64,000 nt of DNA from Thecamonas trahens ATCC 50062 (GCF_000142905.1 NW_013657643.1:293089-357088), one strand, 5' to 3'. Shown: positions 11,501 through 22,553, numbered from the stretch's first letter. Notes: generated by a model from the sequence alone, not told the origin. Translations and numbers: made by a program.

Positions 11501-13742
11501 GTGGTGCTGCTTGCCAGACTGGAGACCGGTGTCTCGAGCAGCCGGAGTGAGGGTGAGGAGCAGCCGCCGGGGTAGGCAAGAGCAACAGCGGCGGCTGGAA
11601 ACAGGGCGGTGTTGGCGCCGATGGTAAAGACAAAGGATGTCGCGACACCGTTCGATACCTGCTGCGCGCCAGAGAGGACGGCCGAGTCGGTTGCCAGCGC
11701 GTCGACGGCCACAAACTGACTGGCGACTCCCTGGTGGACCGGAGTGACACCAGTCTGGATGCAGACATAGTACGTGCCGGGCGAGACGGTGACGGGCACG
11801 CTGATTGCAGAAGAAAAGATCTCAAAGGTGGCGACCTCAGCGACGCAGGAGTCCGTCGAAGAGACAATATACGCCAGAGTTGTCGGGGTAGGGACCACGC
11901 CAACAAAGTCGATCAGCGCCTCAACATCTCCTACGATGCTGCTTGGCGAGATTGCGGTGACAGCAGCGTTGGGCGAGGTGACGGTCAACGACTGTTGCGA
12001 GTCGACAAACGAGGCGCCTCCGTTGACGGAGCCACAGACGGTGTAATCACCGGCGCTGAGAGTCGACGAGGGCGGGACGGGACGCCCGGAAAGTTTGTCT
12101 TGGACGTCACCAGCTCTGGGTCGGAACAGCGAGGGTTGCCCGACACATCAAAGCCGTAAACAGTACCGGTCTCGGTGAACGCACCACCTTGAAAGTCGAG
12201 GACAGGGAGTGAGCCAGCACCAATGACTGCAGGGTTGATGGCGGTAAGGAGGCCGTCGCGGACTTGGAGCGTAACACCGGACTGGAGAACCCAGGTGTTG
12301 GGGTAGACCGAGAGGCAGACGACATAGTCGTTGCTCGAGCCAAAGTCACTGCCAGAGACAGCAAGCTCGGTGCCGGGCTCCGGAAAGTCAAATTGTGGCT
12401 GGACGCTGCCGTCGCACGAGCTGACTGCAAAGCCGATCTTGGTCGTTGGCCCTGCAAACGCAGACGCGGCCTTGGGCACGACACTGAGGGTGACGGCCGT
12501 GGAGACGCCGATAGAGTTCGGCGTGATGCTGGCAATGTCGTCAGCGGCGGCGGCAAAGAACTCAAGCGTGACCCGGCTTGGGTCGACCTTTTGGAACGGT
12601 CCGTTTGACTTCTCGGCCACACACAGGTGGTAGGTTCCTGCCGTGGGGGCCGAGGAGGTGAGCACAACCGAGTTGCCCGACACAACGGCCTTGCCGATTG
12701 GATTGTTAGTCGGACACGCCGAGGGCGAGGCGACAATACCGGCGTACATGATGTTGTCAATGCCCTCAGAAGACAAAAGGTTCAGCGTCAGTACGCCGCC
12801 AGTGCCGCCGACATCGGCGGCAAAACGCGAGGTCTGGACGCCGTCAATCATCGTCTCGACTTCAGAAGCCATGGGAATGTAGATGTACGAAACATCATCA
12901 AGTGGGTCGTTGGTGCTGTCGAGGAAGATCTGGAGCTTGGCGAACGAGCCCTTGGCCAGTCCGGGCATGACGCACGTGATAAAGTTCATGCTTGCATCGA
13001 TGGAGGCAGCATTCGAAAACGATCCGTCGTTAAAGTTGCATGTGATGGTGGTGGACACGTGCACAAGGTTGGTCATGTAGACCTTAAAGGTGGCGCCCTG
13101 GAGCGACTGGGTCGGGGCCGAAGTGACCTCGACCACGACGGAGCGCTCGTAGTAGGCAGTCATTAGGCCGGCTTCGGCCGCGATACCGCCATTGACAGAG
13201 CAACCTGCGCGCCTAAAATAGTGTTGGATGCCAAAGTCGGCACTGTTCACCAGAGTAGCAGTCAGAGGACTATACGGCTGCAGAAGATTAGACTCGCCTC
13301 CAAACTGGTGAGTAGAGAGACCAGCGGGCAGAATGGTTGCGTCCGTATTCCAATTGCCGATATAAGTGCCTCCGTTCCTCAATGCCAGGTAAAAGTTTTG
13401 GATCGAATCCCCGGCGCTGGTAACAGTGTTGATCTTGAACTCCAGGCCGGTAAAGATGGCGTCGGCATGGGCAGCAAGTCCGAAAGACGAAAACTGCAGG
13501 CTGTTGCAGTACTCGTCATTGCAGAGGTTACAGGTGGCGTACGAGCCGTCGGGACCACCCTGCGCATTGGCGACATCACCGTTCCAGGCTAACATCCCCG
13601 AATTCAACTCAATCACAGAGCTCGCATAGCCGGAGACCGACTCGGCAACCATGACGGTCCTCTTTGGCCCGGCAGAGACCGGGGCGATGACCAGGGCCAC
13701 CACGAGCAGAGCGGCAACGACTCGAAACGACAGCGACACCAT
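5515..13742 (-). CDS. Giant single-pass receptor RasGAP, paralog B (~2740 aa): signal peptide, ~15 two-Cys Ig-like repeats, PSI-IPT-PSI-IPT, TM, RasGAP; one frameshift near 12070-12120
   Basis: Signal peptide MVSLSFRVVAALLVVALVIAPVSAG starts at 13742. ORFs 11985-13952 and 5515-11988 join with one added base; the bridge reads PSSTLSAGDYTVCGSVNGGASFVDSQQSLTV, which matches the repeat consensus. PSI units CSQYSSCGSCRTTPSCAWC and CEDVAVCDGC...CGYC. TM IIGSAVGAVAVVLCILAAILGLVY followed by KRRK. GAP motifs LFRTNS, FMFLRFLVPALTAPE, KVLQNLSN. Confidence 0.85.
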
Positions 13743-14765
13743 GACGATTGCAACAAAGCCTGTGACGAGTATGTCAATAGTGAGTACAGACTCGGCGGTG
13801 GGGGTGAAGTGTACAAGGAAGAGCAAAGGGGGGGGGGTAGAGCGGTAAGGGGGGAGGGGGGGAGGGGGGGGAACGAGCAGGGATGGCCGCCCGAGGTGAG
13901 TTTGACCGCAAAGAGCCGACCACCACAATCGGGCATGTTCATCCATGAACAATTGTCATTGGGGAAAATTGGAAGGAGGAGGGAGCCAGTTTCCCTCTTT
14001 CCCCCTTCGGGTGGCAGCACGTGTGCTGGGTGGTGGTGTGGTGGTGTGGTGGTGGGGAAGGGGGGGAGGGAATGGGTGGAAGGGGGCGACGAGCAGGAGG
14101 GAATATACGTACTGTTGTTGGGGATGGCAGCCTCTGGTTGGGTGTAGAGACCGTTGTTGGGAAAGGGGAGGAGGGGCGGGGCGGGGAAGGTGGGCAAGGG
14201 AGCTGACGGTGGTGTCGCGTGGCTGGTGAGAAGTGATGACCATTCCATCAACGTCATTTTCAGTGGTTATACTGAAAAACTGAACGAGACACAGCGAAAC
14301 GTGCGACGGCAAAAATTTGTTGTCATCGAATAGTCATCAGCAGCCACCGTCTGCCATCGGCATCAAGCCCACTCACAATAGCAACTAGCTATCACACGGA
14401 CGATGAATGTCCCTGGAACTGTGTCTCTGGCTTGTAGAGTTGATTGGCAACTTGCGGCGCAATGATCTTCTGTACCATGCCCGGAAGCTGATGCCAGGAG
14501 CCGATCCAGCGATGCTTGCCACCCACACGCACACCTCGGTCTGCTTCCCATCAGATGACCAGCGGTGATCAACACACAGGCAGCAGCCGGCGAGTGTGGT
14601 GCTGTGGGGAATGCGTGTGATTGGCTGCCGACATCGGTGTAGCGGAAACGTTCCGCAACGACGGGCAACGGTTTCATTGCGTGAGGAGCGGCACAATTTG
14701 TCAACGGCAACCAGCAGGTCTCGCCAGCATCAGGACGACCACCTGACTTCCTTCATCTCATCATC

Positions 14766-15771
14766 ATGGCGGGCGAGTTCAATGGTAACATCCGCGACAT
14801 GGCGTTCTGGCGTGGCGCCGTGGCCGAGTTCCTCGGCACTATGTTTGTGGTCTTCATCGTGACCTCGGTCTGGGTCTCCAACCCAGCCATGGGCATGACC
14901 GGCGACCTTGCTCTGGCCACGGGCTTCACCTACGCCGCCGCCCTCTACTTTGCCAAGGGCTACTCGGGTGGTCACCTCAACCCGATCGTTTCCCTTGTCG
15001 CTGTTGTCTTCCAGCAGGTACGCCTCCTCTTATATCCCGCTTGTTGCCCTCTAGCTCGCCCTCTAGCACCCGCAAGCGCCCGCTGCTTGCCTCCGGGCCT
15101 GGGTCCAACGGCTGTCCGTTGCGGCCTAACGGCCGTTCCCTCTCTGCAAATTTTTGGCCTTCTGCGCGTCGCCTTCTTCCTTGTCTCCAGAAGCGGCACA
15201 CCCACGCTCACTCACATGAACCTTGTCTTGCATGGTACAGATCCACGTCATCCAGTTTGCTGTCTACTTCCTCATGCAGATCCTCGGCGGGATCATCGGC
15301 TCGGCGTTTGTGCGCGCGGCGCGCGACGGCCAGCACCAGAACCAGTGGCTCGGCGCTGTCCGCGTCTTCCCCAACTCGACTGATGGGCAGGCGTTCCTGT
15401 GGGAGTTCATGGGCACGCTCTTTGTCCTTATTGTGTTTGTGGAGACCTCGTACGGCAAGGCCTTCCGTGCCGGCAACATCGCGCCGCTGGCTCAGGGCAC
15501 CGCGTACTACGCCGCCACGGTCGCCACTGGCCGCTGGACGTCGGCCTCGCTCAACCCGGCCCGCGCCTTTGGCCCGGCCCTTGTTGCTGACCGGTGGGAC
15601 GACCACTGGCTGTATTGGATTGCTCCGATTGTTGCCGCCGTCGTCGTCATCATCCTCGGCGCCTTTGTCTTCAACGTCGCCAAGCCGATCGGCATGGGCC
15701 CGAAGCCCGCCACCGCCCAGACCGATGAGGAGGAGGGCGCCCCCATGCGGGTTGTTAACCCGGGCAAGTAG
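14766..15771 (+). CDS. Aquaporin/MIP channel; exons 14766-15017 and 15241-15771
   Basis: Motifs AEFLGT, SGGHLNPIVS, YFLMQILGGIIG, SLNPARAFGPA and HWLYWIAP. Phase-0 intron 15018-15240 (GTACGC...TACAG) joins the two ORFs in frame. Confidence 0.93.
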
Positions 15772-16244
15772 CTGCGTGTGTTGATCGAGTCTGACCCTAT
15801 CCTGTCTGTCCTCTCCTGTCGCGTCGTGCCCTGTCCTTCCTGGCCTCGACCGCGACCGCGACTATTACAACCGTCCACCTTTCCCATACACAACCTCTCT
15901 GCCTCACATCATCTTCTCACCCCCCCCCCCCCACCATTGTTGCAATCCAGAAGTCCAAACCATCCATCCCTTTGCCTCGATAAGATCAGGATCGCCCCCC
16001 CCCCCCTCCCCCCCTCCTTTTTTTTCCCCCGCTACCGTCCGCCCAGCAGCGGGTGGCGGTTCCTTGGCGAGCCGAGTCGGCCAAAAGCCGATGGCCATCC
16101 TCCATCCATCACATCACCCAACTCTCTGTCTCGACGGAGAAGCGGCGAGTTAGAGAAGGCGAACGAGCAGATACAAGCCAGCCTTGCAGTTTCCAAGAGC
16201 TAGTGTAACGGACCAACAAGGAAGAGATACACACGTAGCCAAGC

Positions 16245-17219
16245 ATGTCTAGCCGCCGACCCAACCGTCCCAAGACGCAGCGGGGCAAGCGTGCTCTCAA
16301 GGCCCGGGAGGCTAAGATTGTGGAGGACTCCAAGAAGGCCCTGCTGCTGAAGGGGCCCAAGTGCTCGGCCGGTGTGACGCAGCTGCTCCGGGAGCTGCAT
16401 GCCATGCGCCGGCCGCTCTCTGTCCTCTTCAACCGCAACAACTCGGTCCGTCCGTTTGAGGATGAGGAGTCGATCACGTACCTGACGGGCAAGAACGAGG
16501 CCGCCCTCTTTGCCCTCGGCACCTCGACCAAGCACAAGAAGAACCGGCTGATCATGGGTCGGACGTTTGAGAACCAGGTGCTGGACATGATCGAGTTTGA
16601 GGTCGTCAACTTTACCTCCATGTCCGAGTTCAAGGGCAAGGCCAAGTCATCCGTCGGCTCCAAGCCGCTCGTCCTCTTCCAGGGCGAGCGCTTTGAGACT
16701 GATGACGTATTTGTCGCCACAAAGTCGCTGCTCATGGAGTTCTTCCTCGGCAACACAGAGCTGACAGAGCTTGATCTTGCCGGCGTCGAGCATGTGGTCA
16801 TCGTCTCGGCCATGCCGGGCGACTTTATCCACATCGGCCACTACGCCATCGAGCTCAAGAAGTCCGGCTCTCGCCTGCCGCGCGTCGAGCTTGTGGAGAT
16901 CGGGCCCGAGTTTGACCTGGTCATGCACAGGACACACTTTGCTGATGCCGCCCTCATGAAGGACGCCATGTTTGTGCCCAAGGACCTCCGCCCCAAGAAG
17001 GTCAAGAACGTCTCCCGCGATGCCTTTGGCTCGGTCGTCGGCAACATCCACATGTCGCGCCAGGACCTCACCGAGGTCAACACCCGCAAGGTCAAGGGTC
17101 TCCGCCGCTCGCGCGACAAGGCCCTCGCCGCACAGGCTATTGCCGAGGCTGCCGCCGAGGTCGAGCTCGAGGACGGCGGCGACGCCGGCCCTGCCCGCAA
17201 GCGCTCCCGCCGCTCCTAG
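16245..17219 (+). CDS. RPF2: Ribosome production factor 2 (Brix domain)
   Basis: PKTQRGKRALKAREAKIVE, RPFEDEESI, NRLIMGRTFENQVLDMIEF, KKSGSRLPRVELVEIGP, PKKVKNVSRDAFG and QDL...RKVKGL. Confidence 0.95.
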   Translation: MSSRRPNRPKTQRGKRALKAREAKIVEDSKKALLLKGPKCSAGVTQLLRELHAMRRPLSVLFNRNNSVRPFEDEESITYLTGKNEAALFALGTSTKHKKNRLIMGRTFENQVLDMIEFEVVNFTSMSEFKGKAKSSVGSKPLVLFQGERFETDDVFVATKSLLMEFFLGNTELTELDLAGVEHVVIVSAMPGDFIHIGHYAIELKKSGSRLPRVELVEIGPEFDLVMHRTHFADAALMKDAMFVPKDLRPKKVKNVSRDAFGSVVGNIHMSRQDLTEVNTRKVKGLRRSRDKALAAQAIAEAAAEVELEDGGDAGPARKRSRRS

Positions 17220-17440
17220 CCGGTTCATGGTACGATTCTCGCCCCGCGCCAGGCTGAACAACGTACGGTAAAGTGAGCGATTATCACACACACACACACA
17301 AACCTGATGTTGCTCCGCGAGCGCAGGGCGCCGAGGCGGTCGGCGGGCGCCATCGCAGTGTCCTCGTGCCGCCACCTCGGGGGCTGTTCCTACACGGCTC
17401 AACACACTACGTGCGCGCTCATTTACTGGCAAGGGCAGGC

Positions 17441-18594
17441 CTAGCCCTGCGAGTGCCACGCGAGCTTCCACCACGGAATCAGCCGCGACGTCGACTTTTG
17501 GTAGAGCTTGTAGAGGTGTGACCGCGCCGGCGACGCCATCATCCGCTCTTCCACCAGGACGGTGACCTGGTGAAGGACGGCAAGTTAAACGCCGCGCCCA
17601 CCAGCATCCACCCTGCGCCGCAGGCCAGAGCAAAACCACCCAGCGCCGTCCAGAATAGGCCCTCGCCAAAGTGGTTCGGGTGCCGCGAGTACCGCCACGT
17701 GCCGGTGCACAGCAGCGGCGCCTCGCCCATCTCGCGCGTCGTCACAAACTCGTACAGCTCGTTGTCCGCCACGTGCGCGAGCAGCAGCCCGCACACCGCC
17801 GCCGCAGTCGCCATTGTGTCCATCACCGTCCACGCCTGGTCGGCGCTCCCAACCACCGCAAAGATAGGCAGCGAGATGCCCACAAGCAGCAGATGCTGCA
17901 CGCCAAACACGTACCACAGCGAGAGCAGCGGCCATGCCTTGCCAAACCGCTCGCGCATCGCCACGTACCGCCAGTCCTCGCGGGCGCCAATCTGCCATTC
18001 TTCGCGCCGAAAGTACGAGTGCGTGAGGCGGAGCGCCCACACCACCACCAGCGCCACGCAAACCACAAACCGCGACCAGCCGGGCGCGCCCGGAGCCAGC
18101 GCAGGATCGCCGGCAGGATGCAGGGCGGCAAGGGCAAAGAAGGCCGGCGGAATGAGCGACCAGTACGGATCAATGAGCCAGAACGAGCCCTGCACAAGGC
18201 CCACCAGCCAGAACACCGCCGTCACGTTGAGGGCAAAGAGAACGTTGGCCAAGAGCAGCGGGTGCCACCCGGCGACTGCGCACGTTGCCGCAGGCAGCGG
18301 CAGGCCCATCCAATGCGAAGCAACAGGCGTGCACTGGGCATACCCTGCCGCCTGCTCGATCACGACCTCCATGGCCTTCACCATCGCTCGTCCATCCTGC
18401 CACCAGCTTCCGCTTCCTCCAGCTGACGCCACCAGCCAGCTCGCCGGAGAGGCAAACACTCCGCCGCCACCGCTTGGCACCACGCACGAGCACGACGCCC
18501 GGACCGCCGCCACACACACCACCGCAGGCAAGGCCACAAGCACAAGCACAGCCAGGTTAATACGCTGCCTCACGCTCTCGTCACTCTCTGCCAT
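17441..18594 (-). CDS. DUF1295 / steroid 5-alpha-reductase-like membrane protein; frameshift near 17582
   Basis: Motifs WLIDPYWSLIP, WALRLT, REDWRY, ADNEL and GTWRYSRHPNHFGE. The family C-terminus (VEERMM...YKLYQKSTSRLIPWW) continues in the -1 frame to TAG at 17441-17443. Confidence 0.85.
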
Positions 18595-19142
18595 GTTGTG
18601 CGTCTGTCACCTGTCGTGTGGGTGGGCAAGAGAGAGTGTGTGTGTTAGGGAGAGTGGGGTGGGGGTTGGGGTGGGCCCACAGGCGGGTCGGCTACCGGCT
18701 AGTGTGGCAAGGGGGGGGGATGGCGATCAGGGTACTGGAACATGATTTCGGGATGCAGATCTGTGTATGTGTGTGTGTGTGGGGGGGTAGGCTAGAGATG
18801 GTGGGTGGGGCTGATATGGATGGTGGTAGGAGCAGGAAAGGACCCTTTGCCCGTGGGGTGGTGGTGGTGGTGATGTCGAGCATCTCAATCCTGTCCAGGC
18901 CCTCCCTGCCTCAGCTAGCGGTTAAAGCAGCTCTGGAGGGGGCATGAAGACGGCTTGTAGCGGTCGGATAGCGGCATGTACATACTGAGGTGGTGATGAT
19001 GGGTGCATCGGCTATCTGCGGTCTATGGAGCAAGTGTAGAGACGCTGTACAAATATGAGCCATTTCCCGCCTTCCCGCTGGCTGCATGCCTCTCATCTCA
19101 TCTCGTACACATCTTGGCCTCACTACTACCAACCTTGCCCTC

Positions 19143-19214
19143 TGAAAGAGCCCACCACTGCTACCCAGCGACTTCATATATGTAGTCGCTGGGTAGCAGT
19201 GGTGGGCTTTCTCA
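19143..19214. repeat. Near-perfect palindrome/hairpin: 25-bp perfect arms plus a palindromic CATATATG core
   Basis: 19149-19173 AGCCCACCACTGCTACCCAGCGACT is the exact reverse complement of 19184-19208. One T/T mismatch flanks CATATATG. Imperfect pairing extends to 19143/19214. Confidence 0.95.
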
Positions 19215-19446
19215 CCCTCTTCGTGCTTCAATCTGTTCTTTTTCCCCCCACAACGACGACGGTGTCCTTCCAGCGGCCAAAAAAATGAGGGTACTCTCCC
19301 AAAACAGGAAATATAGTCGATTGTCTGCCGAGGCGTGATCCACATACTCGCACGTGCCAGCAGAGTCGGCGAGGTTGAGGAGGGGGATGGAGAAGGGGGA
19401 GAGGAGCAAGTCTGCTCACCTCTCTACTGCTTTGCAATCCTTGATC

Positions 19447-19782
19447 ATGTCTGAGAAGCAAGCTCTTGTCGGAAGCGCACCCGCTGGCGCGCCGCCTCCG
19501 GCGTACCACGCCGGCCAGCCTGGACCGCCGCCGCCTGCACAGGTTCCAGGTGCGTATGGTGCGGCACCGGCAGGGGGCTTTGCTGGCCAGCCTGTGGCCT
19601 ACGGCTATGGGCATGCGACGGCTGTACCCGGCGGCTGCCCGCACCGAAACCTGCACACCTCGTTCACCTGCTGTGGCATCACCACGGCTGTCCTCTGCTT
19701 CCCCATCGGCCTCATCTGCTGCCTGGCCAAGCCCGAGAAGCGCTGTCGTGACTGCGGCCTCCTCCTGGACACAGGGTGCTAG
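19447..19782 (+). CDS. BRI3 (brain protein I3/DUF2367)-like small membrane protein
   Basis: Pro-rich N-terminus (PPPAY), then GGCPHRNLHTSFTCCGITTAVLCFPIGLICCLAKPEKRCRDCG. Confidence 0.8.
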   Translation: MSEKQALVGSAPAGAPPPAYHAGQPGPPPPAQVPGAYGAAPAGGFAGQPVAYGYGHATAVPGGCPHRNLHTSFTCCGITTAVLCFPIGLICCLAKPEKRCRDCGLLLDTGC

Positions 19783-19881
19783 GAAGGGAGAGCAAAGATA
19801 CATCGATTAAATTGGCGTGGCGTCTCGTGCTTACACTGCTTCCCTCCAAGCGCACGATTTCATGGTCCTGTCCGCGGCAGA

Positions 19882-21555
19882 CTAGTCGTACAGATCAACG
19901 ATGCGGGCGAGATCACGGCCGCACGACGGGCGTGGGCACTGGCGAGCGGCACCATGCTGGATCTGGTTCCGGACATCGGCCGCGCACGCGTGACAGTACG
20001 TCCGGTGGCCGCAGGGGAGGTTGATAGACTCGCGGCGGGCACAGGCGCTGCAGACGCGGCACGGCAACGCCGCGAGCTGGGTCACCGGCGGCGGCGACCG
20101 GCTCGCGGCACCCGAGCCCGAGTCGGACGACAGTTCATCGGCGGCCATGACGGCCGGACGGACGACCATGCCGAGAATCGGTGCCCGGCAGAGCGGACAG
20201 AGCGAGACCTGGCGCGCGCAGTCGAGGCAGGTCGCCGAGTGGCCGCAGTCGAGCAGGACCGTGTTCTGCTGCGCGTCAAAGCAGACGATGCATTCGGGCG
20301 CAGGTGTCGGCGTTGGCACGGCCTCGGCGTCGGCTCCCTGGAGGTAGCCTTCGTCGTCGTCATCTGTCGAGAGCTGCAGCAGCGGCGCGCGCTGAAGGAC
20401 CATGGGTGCGACCTGCGAACGAGCCATGGTAATGGCCCGCACAATCTGCCGCCGCATCTCCTCGGTCCGTGCAAACGAGAGGTCGATGTTCTCGATCGAC
20501 GCCCCGAACAGGATGGCCTGCTCCAGATGAATGAGCGCGAGCAGCCGCGAGCGGAAGACCTCCAGGCTTGACATGACAACCAGCGAGCAGATGGTGGTTA
20601 GGATCGAGCAGACAATGACAAACGAGCCGTACGCAGTGGTGCAGAACGTGACGTCGGCATCCGAGTGTGCCTTGTCGCCGGTTCTCTCGTCGCGCTGCAC
20701 CTTGTCGCACTCGACAACTTGAAACCGCCACGACATGAGGAATCGCCAGAGCCAAAGCGCAAAGAGAAAGAGAAAGATGACGACGGCCGCCCGGATCCGG
20801 ACCAGCGACCGGTGGCCGAGCGAGGTCCAGAGCGAGTTGACTCCAAAGACGACCCCGAGTGAAATGAGCGAGAACAGCGCCACGTTGAGCAGCGAGGCGC
20901 CGTCAATGACCACAGACGCAAACGAGAGCAGGAGCTCGATGATCCCAGCCGTGCTGGCCGCCACCACCGCCACCAGCCCGGCTCGCCCAACTCCATGCCG
21001 CATCTCGGACGCCACCGCGGCTGCGAAAGAGCCCTGCGGCCGCGGTCGCAGCGGGAGCAGGCCCGTCCGCACCGTCTCTAGCCACTCAATGTCGGTGTCA
21101 GCCATCCTGACCACCTCGCCACGCCCATCACCTGCCCCTGCTGGGCCTTCGGCGCCTCGCGGCGTGCCCACGGGCGAGGCCACAAGTACAGCCGGAGCAG
21201 ACTCGATGGTATCCGCCGACGACTCGGAAACGCACGTCCGTGCCGACGTATCTGATGATGACAGCACAGCCTGTGCCGGGAGCATCGGCAGAGGATTGAG
21301 GGCAACCAGCGACGAGGAGGAGGAGGAGGAGGAGGAGGAGGAGGACAACGACGGCGGCGGCAACGACGACGACGGTGCTCCTTGCTGATCCTCAGATGCC
21401 AGCCTGGCCTCTACTCTGTCCGAAGCATGTTGTGTGGTCAGCGTGGCCTGGCTCTGGCTCTGGCTAAGGCCCTGGCCTCGATCGTCGTCCATGTCGTGTT
21501 CCTCGCACCCTGGACTTGGACTTGATGCACTTTCGCCGACCGCAGCCGCGGGCAT
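19882..21555 (-). CDS. Multi-pass membrane RING E3 ligase-like protein (about 4 TM plus two C3HC4 RING fingers); start codon uncertain
   Basis: RING units CIVCFDAQQNTVLLDCGHSATCLDC...CPLCR and CRVCSACARRESINLPCGHRTYCHAC...CPRPSC. Four hydrophobic segments lie upstream. Start MPAAAVG was chosen because it lies downstream of a C-run-rich leader. Confidence 0.8.
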   Translation of the reverse strand: MPAAAVGESASSPSPGCEEHDMDDDRGQGLSQSQSQATLTTQHASDRVEARLASEDQQGAPSSSLPPPSLSSSSSSSSSSSSLVALNPLPMLPAQAVLSSSDTSARTCVSESSADTIESAPAVLVASPVGTPRGAEGPAGAGDGRGEVVRMADTDIEWLETVRTGLLPLRPRPQGSFAAAVASEMRHGVGRAGLVAVVAASTAGIIELLLSFASVVIDGASLLNVALFSLISLGVVFGVNSLWTSLGHRSLVRIRAAVVIFLFLFALWLWRFLMSWRFQVVECDKVQRDERTGDKAHSDADVTFCTTAYGSFVIVCSILTTICSLVVMSSLEVFRSRLLALIHLEQAILFGASIENIDLSFARTEEMRRQIVRAITMARSQVAPMVLQRAPLLQLSTDDDDEGYLQGADAEAVPTPTPAPECIVCFDAQQNTVLLDCGHSATCLDCARQVSLCPLCRAPILGMVVRPAVMAADELSSDSGSGAASRSPPPVTQLAALPCRVCSACARRESINLPCGHRTYCHACAADVRNQIQHGAARQCPRPSCGRDLARIVDLYD

Positions 21556-21896
21556 GGCAGACAGTGCCAGGTATTGGCGAGCTAGGGGGGAGTTGTGGGG
21601 AAGGAGGTGTTTGTGACCACGGTGGCGACTTGGGCTCGCCAGGAGAAGCTTGGTGTGGCAAGAGGAGGAGGAGGAAATGGCGGTGGTGTGTGGGGACAGT
21701 GGCCAAAGGCTGTGGTGCGGCTGTCGTTTGCCGGTGCGAACGATCGGATCATGTCCGAGTGACATTGGGGAGGACGTACGTTTGTTGAGAGAGAGAGGGG
21801 GGGGGAGGGGGGGGGGGGGGAGGAGAAGATGGTGGTGCTCCCCGGGCTGCTGCAAGCCAGACAGTAGTAGCTGACCATGCAGCAGTGAAGGAGGGG

Positions 21897-22553
21897 CTAC
21901 GCGATGGGGAGCGGATGAAGCGACGGATCGTGCGGCGATGACATGTTGTACGAGATGATGTCCGAGATGTTGGCGTAGGGATAGGCGTCGACGGCAAAGA
22001 ACGGATCGTGGACAAGGAATGAGTCAGGCTTGCTCGTCTCCCAGCCGATGAGGAGGACAAAGTGCGAGTTGTGGCGGACGTGGGCGATGCAGACGGTGCC
22101 GGCCTCGATGAGGGTCTGTAGCTCGGTGTACGACGGCTTCTGGGCCTCAGAGATGAAGACAATGTCGAGGCCATGGGTCGAGAGCGAGTTCGGTTTGTCC
22201 AGCACAAGGTTGTTGCAGTCACCACCAGCGCAGACGTAGCCATCGTTGCTCCGCAGCCAGGCGTTGAGCGAGCCCGGATCGATGACGTGAACGCCCGGGA
22301 TGCGCGCGCCGCGGCCAGAGAGGGCCATCGAGACGCACGACATGGCACAGCCCTGCTCGCACACCGTCGCTGGCTTGCACCCGCACGCACGGCACTCGGC
22401 CTCGGGCCCCATAGTCGCATCTCTCCACCGCGAGTCGCACTGATGGTAGTGCGGATACGTGAAGGGAACCACCGTCTTGCCATGCGCCAACCAGCTCGAG
22501 ACCATGACGCCCAGGAGGACAAGCCAGAGGCAGACGCTGCCTGACGGAACCAT
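21897..22553 (-). CDS. Secreted papain-fold peptidase C39-like protein
   Basis: Signal peptide MVPSGSVCLWLVLLGVMVSSWLAHG. Motifs YHQCDSRW, GCAMSCVSMAL (Cys), PGSLNAWLRSNDGY, SHFVLLIG (His) and VHDP (Asp). Confidence 0.75.
   Translation of the reverse strand: MVPSGSVCLWLVLLGVMVSSWLAHGKTVVPFTYPHYHQCDSRWRDATMGPEAECRACGCKPATVCEQGCAMSCVSMALSGRGARIPGVHVIDPGSLNAWLRSNDGYVCAGGDCNNLVLDKPNSLSTHGLDIVFISEAQKPSYTELQTLIEAGTVCIAHVRHNSHFVLLIGWETSKPDSFLVHDPFFAVDAYPYANISDIISYNMSSPHDPSLHPLPIA

Noticed and set aside
14233-14283. C/D-box snoRNA candidate (GTGATGA...CTGA) with an 8-bp hairpin TTTTCAGT/ACTGAAAA
   Set aside because: Only ~50 nt, no terminal stem, and no rRNA guide that I can identify.
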